This document shows, in pieces, positions 1-12,128 of a stretch of DNA of 64,000 nucleotides. The notes beneath the pieces are model-generated. The model worked only from the letters and a program-made list of their open reading frames with translations. It ran no database searches and was not told where the DNA came from. Each line of letters begins with the position of its first letter. Within the stretch, counting starts at the first letter, position 1. Position numbers and translations under genes: made by a program. The DNA comes from Octopus sinensis (taxonomy: Eukaryota), in contig NC_043010.1 in assembly GCF_006345805.1 (NCBI RefSeq), positions 28,706,001 through 28,770,000 on the forward strand. Direction: 5' to 3'.

Positions 1-19
1 TGGGTCTCAAGACAGTACT

Positions 20-550
20 TACTCCTTTACATTCCAATTTCAAATCCTATTGATTTCAACTTTGCCTTTCATCCTTCCAGAGGTCAATAAAATAAAGTAT
101 CAGTTAAATAGTGAGGTTAATGTAGTTGAGTCTTCACCCTCCCTTCATATGCAAAGCACTGTGCCTTAAATTTGGTGGCAGGAAAATAGTTCTTTAAATT
201 ATTATATACTTACAACTAAGGTGGCAAGCTGATAGAATTATTAGCACACCTGGCAAAATACTTACTGGCATTTTGTCTGTCTTCATGTTCTGGATTCAAA
301 TGCCACCAGAATCGACTTTGCCTTCCATCTTTTTTGGATCAGTGAAATAAGTACCAATTGAGCATCTGGGGTTGATTTAATCAACTTAGCCCCTCCTTCA
401 AATTGCTGGCCTTGTGCCAAAATTTGGAACCAGTATTTACTCACAACCTTTTTTGTTCTGATTTCAAATCTCCATGATGTTGACTTTGCCTTTACTCTTT
501 CCCTTATGCTTGAGTTGATGAAATAGGTACCAGTGAACTACTGGGGTAAA
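20..550 (+). mobile_element. Three tandem diverged copies of SINE family A (tRNA-headed, ~210 bp)
   Basis: Motifs ggtggc.agct..cagaat, gttctg..ttcaaat, ctttgcctttcatcc, aaataagtacca and ggccttgtgcc recur at about 20-170, 218-435 and 445-550. Confidence 0.75.
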
Positions 551-872
551 TTCTGTTATATCTGTTTCTTAAAATCATTAGAACTGGTATTCAATGGCAG
601 GTCAGATTGTTACAGTTTGGTAGGAAGGTATTTGAACTGTTTTAAATTGTTCTAAGTTTGGTGCTTTGTTCTAAGATCATTTCCACCTAAGGTTCATTGA
701 TTTGATTTTATTGTATTAATTTCTTTTGTGATCAGAACAGTAGGTTTCAGTAATACTCTGGTGTTGTTTCAGTGGACAATAGTTTTCTTTATGTTTTGTT
801 TTATTTATCTCTTTTACAAAAAATGATCCTGTTTCTGATCCAAATAAATCATTCGTGGTAGCACTAGTGCAA

Positions 873-1260
873 AACTACTACTACCACCACTACCTATACT
901 ATTATTGTTACAACTACTACTACTACTGGCACTATTATTCTAACACTAACAACAACAACTACTACTACTACCACCACCACCACTGGTACTGCTATTGTAA
1001 CAACAACCAATACCATCTCCGACAACAACTGTTACTGTTACTATAATTTTACTACGATATTTATTACTGTTTCTTCTAGTCTGTTTACTACTACTACTAC
1101 TAATACTACTACTACAACCACCATCTCTGCCGTGACTGAAATTACGACCACCATAACTATCACCACTACCATTACTGCTATCACTCTTATGGCCACCACC
1201 ACCACCACCACTGCAACTATCACCCCTACAGTTACCACTTCCACTACAACACTGCTGCTG
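873..1260. repeat. Compound trinucleotide microsatellite (CTA/CCA/CAA/TTA)n
   Basis: Period-3 low-complexity sequence seen directly. The ORFs over it are homopolymeric. Confidence 0.9.
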
Positions 1261-2914
1261 TATCATTGGTGTAGACATGCTGCTGTTTGTTTTTAATAAA
1301 ATGCTATGTAGTCAATCAATATTGTCAGATGCTCTATATTAAAATCAACATTCTTCATATTAAATCAATATTGTAACATACAATGTTATATATTAAATCA
1401 ATATCTGTGTGGTGAATGGTGTTACACATAGTGGAGGTAAGCTTTCAGGGAACCAAGTCTGCGACCTGGTTTTCATTCCTCGTACAAGATGTCGCACTTC
1501 ATTTCATCCATGTCCCTGTTTCTCTTGAGAAAGTCATGAATACCACAACCTCATATTTCCCATCTTCAAGTTTTATATTTTATAAGCAATCTTTATATAT
1601 TATGTCAAATTAATGGAATTGTACTTGCGAAAGGCATGAATACCTTAACTTCACATATCCCATGTTCTTAATGAATCTGAGGTTTTATATTTTTTAAGCA
1701 ATTTTTAGTTATTAAGTCAAACTAACACAGTTGCATTTGGGAAAGGCATGAATATCTCAAACTCTCATTTCCTTTTGTCTAAAATGTAAGACTCTATACT
1801 TAGTTCAAAAGAACCCAACACTATTGTGGAGTGTTATGTAGTGTGGAGAGGGTTAAAACTGCAAAATTTTGGAATAAATTCATTTACCAAAGTTTGATTC
1901 ATCTCGCTTGGCAGGGTCACCCTTTATTTTTCATGTCATTGTAGTTAATAAGTACCAGTACTTGAGTTGTTTCCTAGATTCTTACAAAATTGGCGTTTGT
2001 AACTAATCAAAGAAATCGATATTGTGAATTGGTATGTTATCATAATCAATAAATTTGGCAAATCCTATAAAAATGTGAAACACCAAACATCATATTTCAA
2101 AGCAGAATCTCTCTCTCTCTCTCTTTCTCCCCTCCCCCCATCCTTCCTGCCGCTGCTGCCATCAATGATTATGTCTTACATTGAAACAGTCATGGCTTTG
2201 TATGGAAGAGGTAGAGCTGATTGAATCAATATCAATATCTGATTGATAAATTATTTTAGCAACCCTAAAAAGAATGAAAGTAAATACAATTCTGTTAAGA
2301 CATGAACTCAGAATATAGAGGAGTAAATGGGACTAAATGTTAGAAATTTACTTCAACATGAAAACAAATATATTTAATAATTGGCACAGACATGGTTGCA
2401 TGGTTAAGAAGTTCACTTCACAAACACACGGTTTTGCATTCAATTTCACTGCACAATGCCTTGAGTGAGTGTCTTTTACCATAGCTTCAGGTCAACCAAA
2501 ACTTTGTGAGTGAAATCTGATAGATGGAAATTTTGCAGAAGTCCACTGGAGACTATTTTAGTTTTGGGGTTTAACATCACCACTGTGTTCTTGGGTGTCT
2601 TTAGTTGAGTTCCACTCTGTTGCAACTATTTATGCTAAGTCTGATCTGAAGATAATTTAATTTCACAGTCTTGGGTTCTCAAAAGGTTCATGGTCACTGT
2701 CCTCTGCCCTTTGTCTGAGTCATTAAAATAAAAATAAATTAAGGAACTTCAGTTTTAACCATCTCCCACAGCTGTTTCCCCAGAGTTTTAAGGAACAATA
2801 CCTCACAATATAGATGGAATAATAATCATTTGAAACATTAATCGTTTACTTCTTCCAGTCATAGGTTTATTTAGCATTGATGAAGGGCTATCCAATATTT
2901 TACAACAACAATTA

Positions 2915-3175
2915 AAAGGTAAAGACCTCCTTCAGTCAACTATGGGATTGCACCTAGAAAGTTACCCTCTGAGATACAAGTCTTGGGCAAATTTGTTTAT
3001 AGAAGACCAGCAGTCATCCATGCATACCAACCTCCTGTCTCTACGCCAATAATGTTATCCTTGGGAATGGCAAAGGCCTATACAACTTGGCGTCAGTGAT
3101 ATTGCAACTCGTTTCTACAGCTGAGTGAAACAAAGTGTCTTGCTCAAGAACACAACACACAGCCTGGTCCAGGAA
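2915..3175 (-). mobile_element. SINE family D, truncated and diverged copy
   Basis: Matches 34561-34891 (ggtaaagacc...gggattgcacctagaaagttaccctc...cttgctcaagaacacaacacacagcc). Confidence 0.8.
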
Positions 3176-3520
3176 ATTACTGCATTTCATTTTAGTTAGC
3201 AAGAGAACTTCTCTGTTATCAACCTAATCTTCCTCTAATATCTTCTTATCATATTTAAACTGGAAAGTAGATTCACCAGGACTTACATTTCAGTTCAGAA
3301 TGCTGATACTAATGATTGGCTAGTTATAACAATTCAAAATTTCTTAGTTGCTGGTTGTCACATCCCTATGCCATAAGTCTACCCAAACATGGTTGTCCAT
3401 AGGTACACAACAACAAAAGAACATTTCCTTAATTTCCCTTAATCTCAATTAATTATCATTAACATTTTCTGTGTTAAAGAGAAACTTAACTCATTGTTTC
3501 CTTCTTTGTTGTTCTTTCAG

Positions 3521-3853
3521 ACTGCTGCTTCCACTTTCGATACAGTGAACATGTTCCAAGAAGCCACACTTAACAGACACCCTGCAATCTGTTGACAACT
3601 TTGGTCTCTCTATCCAGTACCACTCACATATGGAATGTTCCAACAGTCCTCCACGAAGATGGCGATATTTACATTGAATACAATTCTTACATATCCTGTG
3701 CAGTGCCAGACCCCATATTTTGACACGTAAAACTGCAAACTTCAAAGGATATTTTGTTGCTAGTTTTTTTTAAAGTTTTTTTTTTTTTTACTGTTGTTAA
3801 TGTTGTTGTACTTGAATGAACGAATGGTTTAAACTGCAGGCAATTCTGTCACC
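3521..3853 (+). other. Probable 5' UTR part of the first coding exon, containing uORFs
   Basis: Strong polypyrimidine tract plus TTTCAG acceptor ending at 3520, non-repetitive sequence, several upstream ATGs. A second possible acceptor (CTGCAG) ends at 3839. Confidence 0.55.
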
Positions 3854-4462
3854 ATGTCTTCTGAATCAATATATGTAGTGCAGCCTGCACTTGAGACTTT
3901 ACCTAATGCAAATGACCAAAATGCATCAAATGTTACTGAAGATCCTATTGAGTATAAACCTTTGGATTTGCTTGAACACCTCAACCAAACAACAAATGCG
4001 TTGGCTCTATCAACATCGCTGGCCACAAACACGAACACTTTGGCCACTATAACTTCCACAATGCCCACAGCAATGATTAACATGGGCTTGCTGAACAGTC
4101 GGCGCGAGAAGCCTTTCAAGTGTGAGGTGTGTCGCAAAGGATTTACATTGCGTGCGTACCTGAAACGACATCAGCAAATTCCTGAGGTGGAAAAACACTT
4201 CAGCTGCGCTTATTGCCATAAGGTCTTCCCACAGAGAGACCGGCTGAAGAATCACGAGCGGACCCATTTGGGTGTTCGCCCTTACAATTGTGCCTTCTGC
4301 AGCAAAAGCTTCTCCCGTAAAGACCACTTGAAAAACCACCAACGCTGCCATACTGGCGAGAAACCTTTCAAATGTGGAATTTGCCAAAGAGCTTTCTCCC
4401 AACGAGACAGACTACGGAATCATTCTCGTACTCACACAGGTGAGAGACCATTCCAATGCCAA
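3854..4462 (+). CDS. C2H2 zinc-finger transcription factor, first coding exon (aa 1-203): N-terminal region, fingers 1-4 and the first half of finger 5
   Basis: ACCATG start. Repeated C-x2-C...H-x3-H fingers with TGEKP/TGERP-type linkers. The exon ends ...F-Q-C-Q at a CAA|GTAAGT donor (GT at 4463, phase 0). Confidence 0.92.
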
Positions 4463-4561
4463 GTAAGTAAACTCTTTGTTGCTATAAGATTGTAATTCTA
4501 CAAAAGTTTTAGATTGGTTCAATTAAAATACATCAAAACTTTATTATATATATATATAAAA

Positions 4562-4932
4562 ATCCAAAATCAAAATCGAAATCGATCAACATCAATGGAA
4601 GTTGCAGCTGTGATACCAGTGCCGGTGGTACATAAGAGAACCATCCAAACGTGGCCGTTGCCAGTGCCGCCCCGACTGGCCTCGTGCCGGTGGCACGTAA
4701 AAAGCACCATCCGATCGTGGCCGTTTGCCAGCCTCGTCTAGCACCTGTGCCAGTGATACGTAAAAAGCACCCACTACACTCACGGAGTGGTTGGCGTTAG
4801 GAAGGGCATCCAGCAGTAGAAACATTGCCAGATCAGACTGGGCCTGATGCAGCCATCCGGCTTCCCAGACCCCAGTTGAACCGTCCAACCCATGCTAGCA
4901 TGGAAAGCGGACGCTAAACGATGATGATGATG
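4562..4932 (+). mobile_element. Retroposon family C, young copy with ~2 internal repeat units and (GAT)n tail
   Basis: Contains ggttggcgttaggaagggcatccagc...ccaacccatgctagcatggaaagcggacg and ends in gatgatgat. Reverse-complement match to 7207-7690 and 36657-37295. Confidence 0.85.
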
Positions 4933-4979
<47 letters not shown>

Positions 4980-5661
4980 GGCCACAGCTCATGAGCTGAA
5001 ACTAGAATCAATCAATCATATATATACATACACACACACATACTTACAGTAATATTCCATCACCCACTCACTAAGCAATAGTCACCTAAGGTTTCATAAC
5101 AATGTATTCTGACCATGGTGAAATCAATTTAGTGCCTTTCAAATGTTAAAAGTTCCCTGTTGAGATTTGAGCTAAGGCCTATATTATTACTAAGACAGTA
5201 TCAGTATAGGCTCCCAAGCAAATTAGTGCACTAGACCCTATAGTATTTACTTATTGATTGCAAGCCACAGGAATACATAGACCAACAAGAATTAGGCCCC
5301 AAGTCCATTGAGTCCTCCAGGCCACTGGCCAGTGTGCCCTTGCCTGAAGGTGGTACTGTTAAGGCCTCATTATTTCTCAAGTAACATGGATCATGATGCT
5401 CTGTATTTCATGATGATCAGAAACGTTGACTTAGGTACATAGTTTTAGTGTAGTCAGTATTTGATGAGTCATGTTTCAAATATTTATTTATATTCAAACA
5501 AATGTTGTTCTTGTTTGTTTGTTTGGCCTAATTGACTCAACATTGCTTATTATTACATGCTTGCAACATCAACACTCCTCTTATTTTTAGATTTTCTGTT
5601 TAATTTCCTCTTTTGTTTTCCATTTGTTGTCGTTTCCTTTTTTACTTTTAATCTCCTCCAG

Positions 5662-5707
5662 GGGTCATGTTAGTAGTAGTGGCATGTGTATAAAAGGCAA
5701 AAGGGAG
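5662..5707 (+). other. Candidate 46-nt cassette (poison) exon
   Basis: ~80-nt pyrimidine-rich tract ending CCAG, exon GGG TCA TGT TAG TAG TAG..., and consensus donor GAG|GTGAGT at 5708. Confidence 0.5.
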
Positions 5708-7206
5708 GTGAGTGTCAGATACACAGAATATTGACCAAGATGTGGTACCCAACAGCAGTTTCTACTTTCAGTAATCTCGCAACTGTCAGACTTTCTCTTT
5801 ACATGAAGGAATATACACACACACACATACATATGCATATAGATACATTTATACACACTCAAACACATACATATATACACACACAAACATATACACACAT
5901 ATTGTTGATTAAACTTTTAGTCATCAGTGAATGAAAGGCAGCAGCAATCCTCACTTTTCACAGAGATTCCAAGACTAGGGTAGTGAAACGATAACAAAAT
6001 ATTAAATATCAAAATATATCAACATATCAACATATCATCAAGACTGCAGAACTGGTCTGAGTGCTTACAATGGAGAGGGTACTGCACTAAAGGTACCCTG
6101 GTACACTAGAATCAGGTAGAAATGATAGACTGGGTAACAGATGTATGTATTCCACTCATTATGTCAAGAAATTAATGACTTGATGGAGCTGATAATATAT
6201 CATTTTAGCACATTATTTCCACCCCTTTACTCTCTATTTCACAATCTCTCATTGCCCAATGTAAACCCACTTCCCTCAATATTACTCCTCCTCAGTAGAG
6301 TGGGTCTTGCAAATTACTTGGTGACCTCATTGCTGCTGGTGCCAAGTAAAACGCATCCAGTACACTATATAAGTGGTTAGCATTAGGAATGGTGTCCAGC
6401 CATAGAAACTATGCCAAAGAAGACATTAAAGCTTGCTGCAGTCCTCCGGCTTGCCAGTGTTCCTGTTGAACCAGCCAACCCATGCCAACATGGAAAATGG
6501 ATGTTAAACAGCACTTAGCTCTGAAAAAACCATTTAACTATTAAGACTTATCAATGAATCATTGAATGACTAAATGCTGTAGGTGCATTGCTTATTTTAC
6601 AATAATGGTACCTGTACCACTAACAAAACTACTTCCTTTTGTACATCTCATCGGTATGGCTGTGTAGTAAGAAGTTTGCTTCCCAGCCACATGGTTCCTC
6701 ACTTCATGGCATCTTGGGCAAGTGTTTTCTGCTGTAGTCTCAGGTTCACCAAAGTTTGTGAATGGATATGGTAGATGGAAACTGAAAGAAGCCTTCGCGT
6801 AAGTGTAGGCGTGTGTGTTATCATCAGCATCATATAATGTCTGCTTTCCATGCTGACATTGCATGGGTTGGATGGTTTAACAAGCTGACCAGCTGAAGGG
6901 TTATTCAGTCTCCAATATTTGTTTTGGCATGGTTTCTATGGCTGGATGCTCTTCCTAACACCAACTGTGTGTGTGCGTGTGTGTTACTGTCGCCTTACCT
7001 TGGCTTTGTGCGATAGTTGATCACCATCATACAAGTAGTGTCCTTCATTTCCAATCTTCTGTGAAGACTTTTCTTGTCATAGAGGAATGTTACCATATGC
7101 AGAAACAGGCAAAGTGTGGCAACAAGAGGTAGAAAATCTGTCTCAAACAAATTTCATTTGACTCATGCAAGCATGCATTAAAACAATGATGATGATGATG
7201 ACCTAA

Positions 7207-7690
7207 TCATCATCATCATCGTTTAACATCCGCTTTCCACGCTAGCATGGGTTGGACGACTTTTTACTGAGGGGTGGCAAGCCAGATGGCTGCACCAGGC
7301 TCCAATCTTGATCTGGCAGAGTTTCTACAGCTTGATGCCCTTCCTAACGCCAACCACTCTGAGAGTGTAGTGGGTGCTTTTTACGTGCCACCGGCACAGG
7401 GGCTAGTCAGGCGTCACTGGCAACAACCTCGCTCAAATCTTTTTACACATGCCACCGGCACAGGTGCCAGTGAAGCGACGTTGGTAACTATCACGCTTGA
7501 ATGGTGCCCTTTGACGTGCCACAGGTACGGAAGCCAGTTGGCTGCTCTGGCAACGATCACGCTTGGATGGTGCTCTTGGCACCCTACTAGCACAGGCATA
7601 AGTGCCAGTAAGGCGACGCTGGTAACGATCATACTCGAATAGCCGCTCTGTCAACGATCACACTCGTATGGTGCTCTTTGCACCCTGCTA
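7207..7690 (-). mobile_element. Retroposon family C copy with several diverged internal repeat units
   Basis: Starts (CAT)n gtttaac.tccgctttcca.gctagcatgggttggacg, contains gatgcccttcctaacgccaaccactc, then repeated gtgccaccggcacagg-type units. Confidence 0.8.
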
Positions 7691-10600
7691 GCATGAATGC
7701 CTAATGATTGATAAAATAACTCTCATCATGCACACTGTTTTATATGACAAATATCTGACAAATACCAATAGGTGGATTGCCATTATAATGTTAATGAACT
7801 TATCCAATAGAATTACAAATTTACTATGTTCTTCAATTCTTTCAATAAGTTGCATAAATTGGTTTTGGCAAATTCCTGCAGTTCTTTTATATACTATATC
7901 ATTTGACTGGAATTTTTCTTATTTCAGTTGTATTTGTTTTTCCATGAATAATTTCTGTGATTCTACCTGCTGCAGGCAAGGCATGTTTTTTGCCAATTGT
8001 GTATAATTTCTTAGCTGTGGAATTTAAGTATGAGGTTTTAAATTATACTCTTAAGTGAAGATTTTTGTGACCTTCACAGGTTTTCTGTGATTGATATGGT
8101 TGATGTAGTTAATGTTAACTTTGAACTCCCACAGCAAAAACATGGGCAAGGAGTTCCGAGGGTTGTTGTTTTAGGAAGAAGGACTTGGTGTAGAGATTAA
8201 TAGAGGACTTAACAACAACAGGAGGATAAACATGTGAGTTGGGAAGACCTGAGTGGTGTTGGCACAAGACCAATTAGCTCCAAGAAGTAGAGGCCACTGT
8301 AGCTGGAGCAAAAAAAAAAGGTAGAGTGAAAGAGTCACAGCTCATTTGAGAGTGTTGGTGAGCGACCATATGTAAATCAGTCAGGTAGCCTTTGTGGGGG
8401 TGTGGTGGAGTGTAGGCTATATCAGCAACAGCACTGTCCCAGATGTAGAAGTAATTTCTTCCAGGAATTTGCTACAGCTGTTGTTGATTGTGAGGAGTAT
8501 TCAACCAACATCCTTATCGAGCAGTAACCATAGCAACTGTTTATCTTTCTACCATCAGGAAGTAATTTGAGGCTCACTTGGACCATATTAGCAAACTCAG
8601 AGAGAGTCTTCCTTCAAGAACAATCACTCATTTTGAACTCTACTTTGTACCATCATTAGTGTGTGTGTGTGTAGTGGACAAATGCTTTATATATTTCATC
8701 AACATAATTATGTTTTTATAATTTATGGTATCAGGTGGTGTCGTGTGTGGTGGGAGAAGATATGTGAGGCTCTTGGACTAAATGTCTTATGTTTACTTTA
8801 TTCTTTTCACTTTCTGAGATCAAATGCCACTGAGGTCATCTTAGCCTCCACCCTACTCTTGAGTCAATAAACTAAACACCAGACATGTGCAGTCATTGAT
8901 TCAACTGTCAATAATCTGTCTGTAAATTTGTGGCTTTTTGCCAATCTAAGAAATTATTATTGTTGTTGTTGTTCTTTGTGTCTGGAGCAAGAGGACATGT
9001 GTTCATGGTCATAAGTTTTCTTTAAAAATTTGTTGTTTTATTAGCGGGTATTCCAAGTTTTGTTGAACTAAATAACCCTGCTCACTGCAAGCAGAGCCAG
9101 CTAGTGTGGCAAGAATTCACCTTCTAAGGATGAATTATAAGTTTAATATTTTGAAGCAAAAATATCAATATGGCTTCCCAAATTGAGGGAACCAATGGCT
9201 GTTGGAATAGCTGCTATGGCATTGCTTTTCCTCCACTATTCAATGTAATCAAAAGACAAAGTACAGACAGCAGCAGCAACAACAAGCATGCAAAAGTGAT
9301 GAGTAGGATATATATTTAAAATGATGCAAGCACAACTTCCATCATTGTCCCCAACACCACTGCTACTACTGCCACCACCACCACCACAAACATTAATTGA
9401 TAAATCAACAACAGCAGCTTTTCTTTTTTTTGAAGCAGATTGGGAATGGTTTTGCACAAGCTTGCTGGGAAATGGAAAAAGTTGAGTCAACACAAAAATG
9501 TTGAGCAACACTAAGTTGCACTTAACAAAGAATGGCAGAGCAATTTCTCTTAATGCACTAGAGGAAGTGCGACAAGACACTGAGAAAAAACACAATAAAT
9601 AAATATCATTAAAGATGAGGAGACTGGAGCAAGCAATGCAGGTCTAGATTTTAAAAATTCCTGAGACTGGTCTGGAGTTTAGAAACTTATGTCGCCCATA
9701 GGAAATGCTTTGGCACAGTTGTTTCTTGTAGGTGAGTATGTATGGAGGAGCTTTGCAAAGAGGGGTAAGCAAACAATCATGTTTGATTAAATTAGGTGGT
9801 TTTAAACCTTTTTAAATTTGCCAACAGTAATACAAAGAAAGAATGATATGGATACAAACTCAGTTTATTAGTGAACAGGGAAGGGGACAGGAGTTTCACA
9901 AATAGGGTCAGTCACCAATACTTGGCAGCTGTTCTCATGGTAGCCAGTTTCAGTCCCATTTTCTGTGACTGGATTGTTTGTTCAGTAGTTTGAGTGTATA
10001 GTTACCAATTGGAACCATTCAGTTTCATGCGCTTGGTCCATCAAAAGTGTCCCCTCTCATCTTCTGTATGTACTGGTTATAGAGTCACTACTGTGGAAAT
10101 TGGAGACATCGAGTGGAATCCCACACAAACAGATTTCTTAAACTGATATCTTCCAGTTTAAGAACTCCTGAACTAAGTTGTTTACAATTACATGTTCTGC
10201 CAAAAAAAAAAAAAGAACGCAATACATACCAATATGTATAGGCATGATTGTATGATGAAAAAGTTCACTTTGCTACCATGTTGCTTTGGTGCAGACTCAC
10301 TGCATGGCACTTGGGTCAAGTGTCTTCTACCATAGCCCTAGCCAACTAGTGTCTTGTGAGTGAATTTCATACAGAGAAACCTTACAAAGCCTGTGTGTGT
10401 AAACATCAAAAAATAAATCCATAAAACTCTAATGTTGCAGTAAATCCAAATCGGACCAACCTGCATGTACATACGTAATTGGCTAAAACAATCTTTAAGA
10501 GCAATGTAACAGAAAAGCATAAATTTCACATATAGTTCATTCTATAATTGTGCTCAACCCCTGTTTCATTAGGTAAGGTAAACATTAAGATAAACATGTG

Positions 10601-11369
10601 TATAATTACATAATTGTGAAAAGTAATTAATTTGAATTAATTATGTACCACAGATATGTAATTATATTCAATGATGTCTGTTAATGAAACATCTGTTACG
10701 AAATATGAACTGTATGGGAAATTTATCTCGTGCGTGTGTGTACAGGTATACTCTTTTACTCTCTTTTACTCTTTTACTTGTTTCAGTCATTTGACTGTGG
10801 CCATGCTGAAGCACCGCCTTTAGTCGAGCAAATCGACCCTGGGACTTATTCTTTGTAAGCCCAGCACTTATTTTATCAGTCTCTTTTTGCCGAACCGCTA
10901 ATATGTGCTTATGTAAATGATTATGTTATTTCTCAAAGGAAAACTGTTGAAGTTGATGTTTTCATGTCAAGGAATTATCCAGTAGCTCAGCACTTTCAAA
11001 CAGACAAGAGAAATGAAAAATCCCTCACTTGTAAAAACTGATGAGGGTTATTGTCAAGAAGAACACCGTCCTGTAAAAACGATGTCTTAGTAAATGTATT
11101 ATCATATCCCATGCTAGTATAGGAAGACAGACATAAAATGAACTAACAAACGAATATATGAATGGATTTGAAATCAGCAACTTTGAACTGCTAGTCTTTA
11201 CAATTATATCTAATTGATCATTTCATGTTAGAGTGTAATGTAGGATTTTTCTTGTTTTAACTGCTCTCAGCCATCTACACTCTGAAGATTCTGTGATTTC
11301 TTTGGACAAGTTTTCTCACATATTAGATGTTTGGTGTTGGTTGCTTGCCTCCCTCTCTGCGTATAAATA

Positions 11370-11790
11370 TCTTTACTTGTTTCAGTCATTAGAATGTGGC
11401 CATGCTGGGGCACTACCTTGAAGGATTTTTAGTCAAATGAATTGACCACAGTACTTATTTTTTTAAAGCCTAGTATTTATTTTATTGGTCTCTTTTGCCA
11501 GACTGCCAAGTTATGAGGACACAGACACACCAATACCAATTATCAAGCAATGGTAAGGGACAAAGATGGACAACAAAGACACATGCATATAAACATATAT
11601 ACGTTTGTTCATTAATTACATTACATATGATGGGCCTCCTTAGTTCCCATCCACCAAATCCACTCAAAAGGCTTTGGTCAGCCCAAGGCTATATTGTTTA
11701 AAGACATTACACTTACCCAAGGTGCCAGGCAGTGGGGCTGAACCCAGATCCATATTGTTAGGAAGCAAACTTCTTGCCACACTGCTATGC
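11370..11790 (-). mobile_element. SINE family B, diverged copy
   Basis: ttttacttgtttcagtcatt ... ccaaggtgcca.gcagtggg.ctgaaccc ... agcaaacttctt.ccacac, matching 13285-13675. Confidence 0.75.
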
Positions 11791-12128
11791 TTATTCACTT
11801 TTCATGCTAGCATGGTTTAGATGGGTTGTCAAAGTCTGAGTCAGTTCTTATTCAGAGTTGCTGCGATTTCTAAACTTGTCACTGTCCTGCACATGTGGCA
11901 TTTTGGAATGGTTTCTACAGCTAGATCTTCCAACTAACCACTTATCAGGGTGTAATGTGTGCATTTTATTGTGGCATCAACACGAGAGGAATTGTTGTGT
12001 CTGCAGTATGGCATAAGGATTCTCTAGACCCTGTATTCTCTTGGTTCACTAGTGAAATGATTTACAGTAAATTACATACATACCATACATAAGTACATAT
12101 ACACACACACACAAACACCACACACACA

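Noticed and set aside
855-1278. Tyr/His-, Gly/Ser- and Val-rich ORFs
   Set aside because: These are translations of trinucleotide microsatellites.
1-3520. Promoter or first exon of the zinc-finger gene
   Set aside because: No CpG-rich or otherwise diagnostic promoter is visible. The coding exon begins at a splice acceptor, so the 5' end probably lies upstream of the window.
3829-4402. Minus-strand ORFs overlapping the zinc-finger exon
   Set aside because: Antisense shadows of a real coding exon with no recognisable protein features.
5405-5432. atgatga-tca-gaaacgtt as a minimal hammerhead
   Set aside because: Core C3 is missing and helices I and II are too short to distinguish from chance.
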